Part shown: positions 15,088 through 18,502 of the stretch, piece by piece | How positions within the stretch are numbered: position 1 is the stretch's first letter | Layout of the letters: each line of letters opens with the position of its first letter | Source: Chthonomonadales bacterium | Lineage (GTDB): Bacteria > Armatimonadota > Chthonomonadetes > Chthonomonadales > Chthonomonadaceae | Assembly (NCBI GenBank): GCA_038217285.1 | Contig: JBBQPO010000109.1 | Location: 1 to 18,502, forward strand | Direction of reading: 5' to 3' | Length of the DNA stretch: 18,502 bases | The notes under the pieces: model-generated | The model's database searches: none | Told to the model about the DNA's origin: nothing | The model's input: the letters and a program-made list of their open reading frames with translations, nothing else | Position numbers and translations under genes: made by a program

Positions 15088-16077
15088 ATGCCTGTTACCG
15101 CGAGGGATATTGCCCGCGAGTTGGGCCTGTCACAATCGACGGTATCGCGGATTCTAAATGGGGATGAGCGGCATCGCGTCTCCGTACAGACGCGGGAGCG
15201 CATCCTGGCGACCGCGCGAAGGCTGGATTACCAGCCGAACGCCCTGGCGCAGTCGCTGCGGCGCGGCCGGACGAACATCGTCGGCCTCTACACGAATCAC
15301 CGCTACGATGCGCGCAACGACTTTCTGGCGGAGATACTCGGGGGTTTGCAGTTGGGCTGCGCCTGCCACCATCTGGACCTCCTGCTGCACTGCGGCTATG
15401 CAGGTCGAACGCTGGACGACACCTTCAACGCCCTGCGCGATGGCCGTATGGACGGCCTTTTCCTGCACACAGCCCCCGACGATCCGCTGGTGGCGAGGCT
15501 GAGCGCCTCCGAAATGCACGTCGTCGCGCTCGCCGATGCGCTTCCCAATCTGCCCGCCGTCACCTGCGACGACGCCGACGGGATGCGGCAGATCATCGAC
15601 GAGACTCAGGCGCGCGGCTATCGGCGGTTCGCTTTTCTGGCGCCGCAGTTCGTATTGGCCTCCGTGGAGAGACGGCGGGAAACCTGGGAACGAATACTGC
15701 GGGAGCAGGGCGTGCCGCCCGACGCGGCCCGCGTGCTCCGTGTTCCTATCGAGGATGCGAACACCGTCCTCGAAGAACTCCTGGCCGAGCGCGATGACCG
15801 CCCGACTGCAGTCGCCTGTTGGAATGATCGCACGGCCTATAGCCTGTTGCGAGCGTGCGCGGAGCGCAGTATACGCGTCCCAGAGGAGATAGCCGTTACG
15901 GGATTCGATGGATTTCTCGACGACAAGCTGCCCGCCCGTCGCCTGACAACGGTCCATTGTCCCTGGGTCGATGTCGCTGTGCAGGCCGTCGAACTGTTGG
16001 TGCGCGGCATCGGAGGAGAAGCGATTCCCGCCGAAACTATGCTGCCGGTGACACTATTGTCCGGCGATACGCTGTGA
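15088..16077 (+). CDS. LacI/GalR family transcriptional regulator
   Basis: HTH and hinge VTARDIARELGLSQSTVSRILN...YQPNALAQSLR; periplasmic-binding-protein-like core with ND..A and VPEEIAVTGFDG..LTTV. Confidence 0.96.
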   Translation: MPVTARDIARELGLSQSTVSRILNGDERHRVSVQTRERILATARRLDYQPNALAQSLRRGRTNIVGLYTNHRYDARNDFLAEILGGLQLGCACHHLDLLLHCGYAGRTLDDTFNALRDGRMDGLFLHTAPDDPLVARLSASEMHVVALADALPNLPAVTCDDADGMRQIIDETQARGYRRFAFLAPQFVLASVERRRETWERILREQGVPPDAARVLRVPIEDANTVLEELLAERDDRPTAVACWNDRTAYSLLRACAERSIRVPEEIAVTGFDGFLDDKLPARRLTTVHCPWVDVAVQAVELLVRGIGGEAIPAETMLPVTLLSGDTL

Positions 16078-16139
16078 ACGAACGCTGTATTCTCTCCCGA
16101 TTCCGGGAGACACCACGATGGAGAGATCAGGAGCATGAT

Positions 16140-18005
16140 ATGAACCGAACACGAGGTTCGCAGGTGTGGATAGGGGTTCTGCTGGCAGGCGGTCTGCTGC
16201 TGGCAGGAGGGCAGATTCAGGGAGCGCGAGCAGCAGACACAAAGCCGTCGATCGTCAAGATCGTCGAGGAGAACGGGGCGTTTCATCTGATGCGAAACGG
16301 CGCGCCCTACCTGATCAAAGGCGGCGGCGGCGACGGCGCTCGGCAGCTCCTCCACGACAGCGGCGGCAACTCCTTCCGAACCTGGGGGGCGGACAATCTC
16401 GGCGCACAGCTCGATGAGGCACAGCGCCTGGGCCTGTCGGTCACCGTCGGTATCTGGCTTGGGCACAAAGAGCATGGCTTCGACTATACCAATGCCGATC
16501 AGGTGGCGGCGCAGTATGAGGTGGCGAAGAAGGCTATTCTGAAATATAAGGACCATCCCGCCCTGTTGATGTGGGGCATCGGCAACGAGATGGAAGGTTA
16601 TGAGAAGGGCGACAACGCGGCGATCTGGTCGGCGATCAACAATATCGCCTCTATGGCGAAGCGTCTCGATCCCAATCATCCCACGATGACGGTGGTGGCA
16701 GAGATCGGCGGCGACCGCGTAAAGAACATCCAGCGCCTCTGCCCGGACATCGACGTGGTCGGCATCAACTCCTACGGCGGCGGCGCATCGATCCCGACAC
16801 GGTATAAGCAGGCGGGCGGCACGAAACCCTATGTGCTGACGGAATACGGCCCGCCCGGCGTATGGGAGACAGGCAAAAACGATTTTGGGGCGACGCCGGA
16901 GCTGAGCAGCACCGCGAAAGCCGTCCTCTACCGCAAGACATGGGACCAGGCGATTGCAGGACAGAGCCTCTGTCTCGGCGGGTACGCTTTCGCGTGGGGC
17001 TATAAACAGGAGGCCACGGCGACCTGGTTCGGAATCCTGCTTCCGGACGGCAGCAAACTCGGTGCGGTCGATGCGCTGACAGAAGCCTGGACCGGCAAGC
17101 CACCCGCGAATCGTTGTCCCGATCTGAAAAGCCTCAAGATCGAAGGCAGCGATCAGGTCGAACCGGGCGCGACGGTCAAAGCGGTCCTGAATGTGATGGA
17201 TCCGGACGGTGACCCGCTCAAAGTCGTCTGGGTGCTCCAGAGCGACAATGCGCGGATGAATACAAACGGCGACAAAGAGAACGCGCCGCCCACCTATGCC
17301 GATGCCATCGTTCATGGCAGCAACACCGGGGCGGAACTGCACATGCCGAAAGCAGGCGGCATCTATCGCCTCTTCGCATACGCCCACAACAGGCACAACG
17401 GCGCCGCCGTCGCCAACGTGCCTCTGCTGGTCAAAGGCACAGACAAGGGGCCTCTCGCGAAGGGCGGCGCGAACACCCCCCTCGTGAGCGGCAAAGCCAC
17501 AACGCTGCCCTTCACGGTCTACGCCGAAACCACAGCGCCTACCGGACAGGTCTTTATACCCTCGGGCTACATGGGCAACACAGCGGCGATCAAGGCAGAC
17601 GAAGCCTGCACGATCAAGCCCCACACCGGTAAGACCTGCATGCAGTGGAAGTACAATGCCAACGACAACTGGGGCGGCGTCGTCTGGCAGAGTCCCGCCA
17701 ACGACTGGGGCGATCAGGCCGGCGGCAAGAACCTGACCGGTGCGACCAAACTCACCTTCTGGGCGCGGGGCGAGGCGGGCGGCGAGGTCGTCTCCTTCCT
17801 CTGCGGCATCATCAATCGCGACAAACCATTCTACGACACGGTGCAGGCCAAACTCGACAAGGTCGCATTGACACCGGAATGGAAGCAGTACACCATCGAT
17901 CTGAAAGGCAAAGACCTCACCCGCGTCAAAACCGGCTTCGGATGGACCCTCGCCGCCACCGGCCAACCCATCACCTTCTATCTCGATGACATCCGCTACG
18001 AGTAG
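16140..18005 (+). CDS. Secreted clan GH-A glycoside hydrolase (GH2-type TIM barrel) with Ig-like linker and C-terminal CBM-like domain
   Basis: ATG 16140 after AGGAG; signal peptide ending ARA. Motifs NG.PY.IKG, GGNSFRTW, HPALLMWGIGNE (acid/base) and LTEYG (nucleophile). C-terminal Trp-rich beta-sandwich NWGGVVW...LTFWARGE.GGE...W.QY.IDL...FYLDDIRYE. 621 aa. Confidence 0.85.
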   Translation: MNRTRGSQVWIGVLLAGGLLLAGGQIQGARAADTKPSIVKIVEENGAFHLMRNGAPYLIKGGGGDGARQLLHDSGGNSFRTWGADNLGAQLDEAQRLGLSVTVGIWLGHKEHGFDYTNADQVAAQYEVAKKAILKYKDHPALLMWGIGNEMEGYEKGDNAAIWSAINNIASMAKRLDPNHPTMTVVAEIGGDRVKNIQRLCPDIDVVGINSYGGGASIPTRYKQAGGTKPYVLTEYGPPGVWETGKNDFGATPELSSTAKAVLYRKTWDQAIAGQSLCLGGYAFAWGYKQEATATWFGILLPDGSKLGAVDALTEAWTGKPPANRCPDLKSLKIEGSDQVEPGATVKAVLNVMDPDGDPLKVVWVLQSDNARMNTNGDKENAPPTYADAIVHGSNTGAELHMPKAGGIYRLFAYAHNRHNGAAVANVPLLVKGTDKGPLAKGGANTPLVSGKATTLPFTVYAETTAPTGQVFIPSGYMGNTAAIKADEACTIKPHTGKTCMQWKYNANDNWGGVVWQSPANDWGDQAGGKNLTGATKLTFWARGEAGGEVVSFLCGIINRDKPFYDTVQAKLDKVALTPEWKQYTIDLKGKDLTRVKTGFGWTLAATGQPITFYLDDIRYE

Positions 18006-18052
18006 TCGGGCGGACGCGCCGTTCAACAAAGAAAACCGCCTTGTGAAACAAA

Positions 18053-18091
18053 TACGTTAATTCTGACGTACGTTAATATTGACGTACGTCA
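18053..18091. repeat. 28-bp near-perfect palindrome within a 16-bp-period tandem repeat (probable operator)
   Basis: TGACGTACGTTAATATTGACGTACGTCA (18064-18091; one T/G mismatch pair). Units: TACGTTAATTCTGACG / TACGTTAATATTGACG / TACGTCA. Confidence 0.8.
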
Positions 18092-18121
18092 TTTTCAACG
18101 TAGACAGGAGCGGAGAGAACG

Positions 18122-18502
18122 ATGAAGACACAGCAAGCAAATCCCGGCGGTATCCTTGCGCCTGATGAAGTGGTCGGACGCGACATTTTGGTAGCGCGCC
18201 TTTGGAAGATTCTGGAGCGACGCAGTCTCTACATCACGGCGGAACGGCGCATGGGCAAGACGTCTGTCGTGCGCGAAAAAATGGGAAATGCTCCCCCTAC
18301 AGGCTGGACCCTCCTCTATCTCGACGTCTCTAAAGCCGTGACGCCGCTCCAGTTTATCGACGCATTGCTGCATACCGGCCAGGAGCATCTGAACGCTGGA
18401 GCGAAGGCGAAATTTGCCTTCCACAAATTGACAGCCAAACTGACCGGGTTAGACGTCAAGGCAGGGATTGGTGTCAAACTTCCCGACCATCTTGCCCCGG
18501 AC
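18122..18502 (+). CDS. P-loop ATPase (archaeal-type ATPase/STAND-like), 5' part only
   Basis: Not in the ORF track. ATG 18122 after AGGAG/GGAG: MKTQQANPGGILAPDEVVGRDILVARLWKILERRSLYITAERRMGKTSVV...LLYLDV. Has the xGR motif and Walker A variant AERRMGKTS; open to the window edge. Confidence 0.85.
   Translation, partial: MKTQQANPGGILAPDEVVGRDILVARLWKILERRSLYITAERRMGKTSVVREKMGNAPPTGWTLLYLDVSKAVTPLQFIDALLHTGQEHLNAGAKAKFAFHKLTAKLTGLDVKAGIGVKLPDHLAPD

Noticed and set aside
16093-16110. Hairpin TCTCCCG-ATTC-CGGGAGA between lacI and the glycoside hydrolase as a terminator
   Set aside because: Only a 7-bp stem with no U tract; insufficient support.
15837-18029. 730-aa minus-strand ORF (also 9314-10075, 9364-10092, 15154-15957, 18095-18424)
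   Set aside because: Antisense to the glycoside hydrolase, M42, LacI and ATPase genes; no independent evidence of coding.
18053-18091. CRISPR repeat or transposon end
   Set aside because: No repeat-spacer array, cas gene or transposase in the window.

Overview
A GC-rich bacterial window with four blocks. (1) A ~9.1 kb run of minus-strand genes. It opens with circularly permuted ATP-grasp ligase, alpha-E protein, transglutaminase and P-II nitrogen regulator. With only a 28-nt gap it continues into a tightly coupled five-gene ubiquitin-like conjugation cassette: degenerate RING-like Cys-rich protein, E1, ubiquitin-like protein ending GG-E, E2 and JAB/JAMM isopeptidase. A probably separately promoted module follows: standalone RyR domain, Macro-like plus nucleoside-deoxyribosyltransferase/TIR-like fusion, and a DUF4062 TIR-like protein cut by the left edge. 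(2) A divergent M42 aminopeptidase and a Tim44-like membrane protein. (3) A minus-strand set (PQQ-like beta-propeller, tropinone-reductase-like SDR, hypothetical protein, internally deleted repeat-protein remnant), divergent from a LacI regulator and a secreted GH-A/GH2-type glycoside hydrolase. (4) The start of a P-loop ATPase behind a near-perfect 28-bp palindrome. The most interesting element is the apparently complete E1-E2-E3(RING-like)-Ubl-DUB system, with several eukaryote-like details, attached to a nitrogen-linked peptide-ligase/P-II operon. All family calls come from motif recognition by eye; no database search was run.
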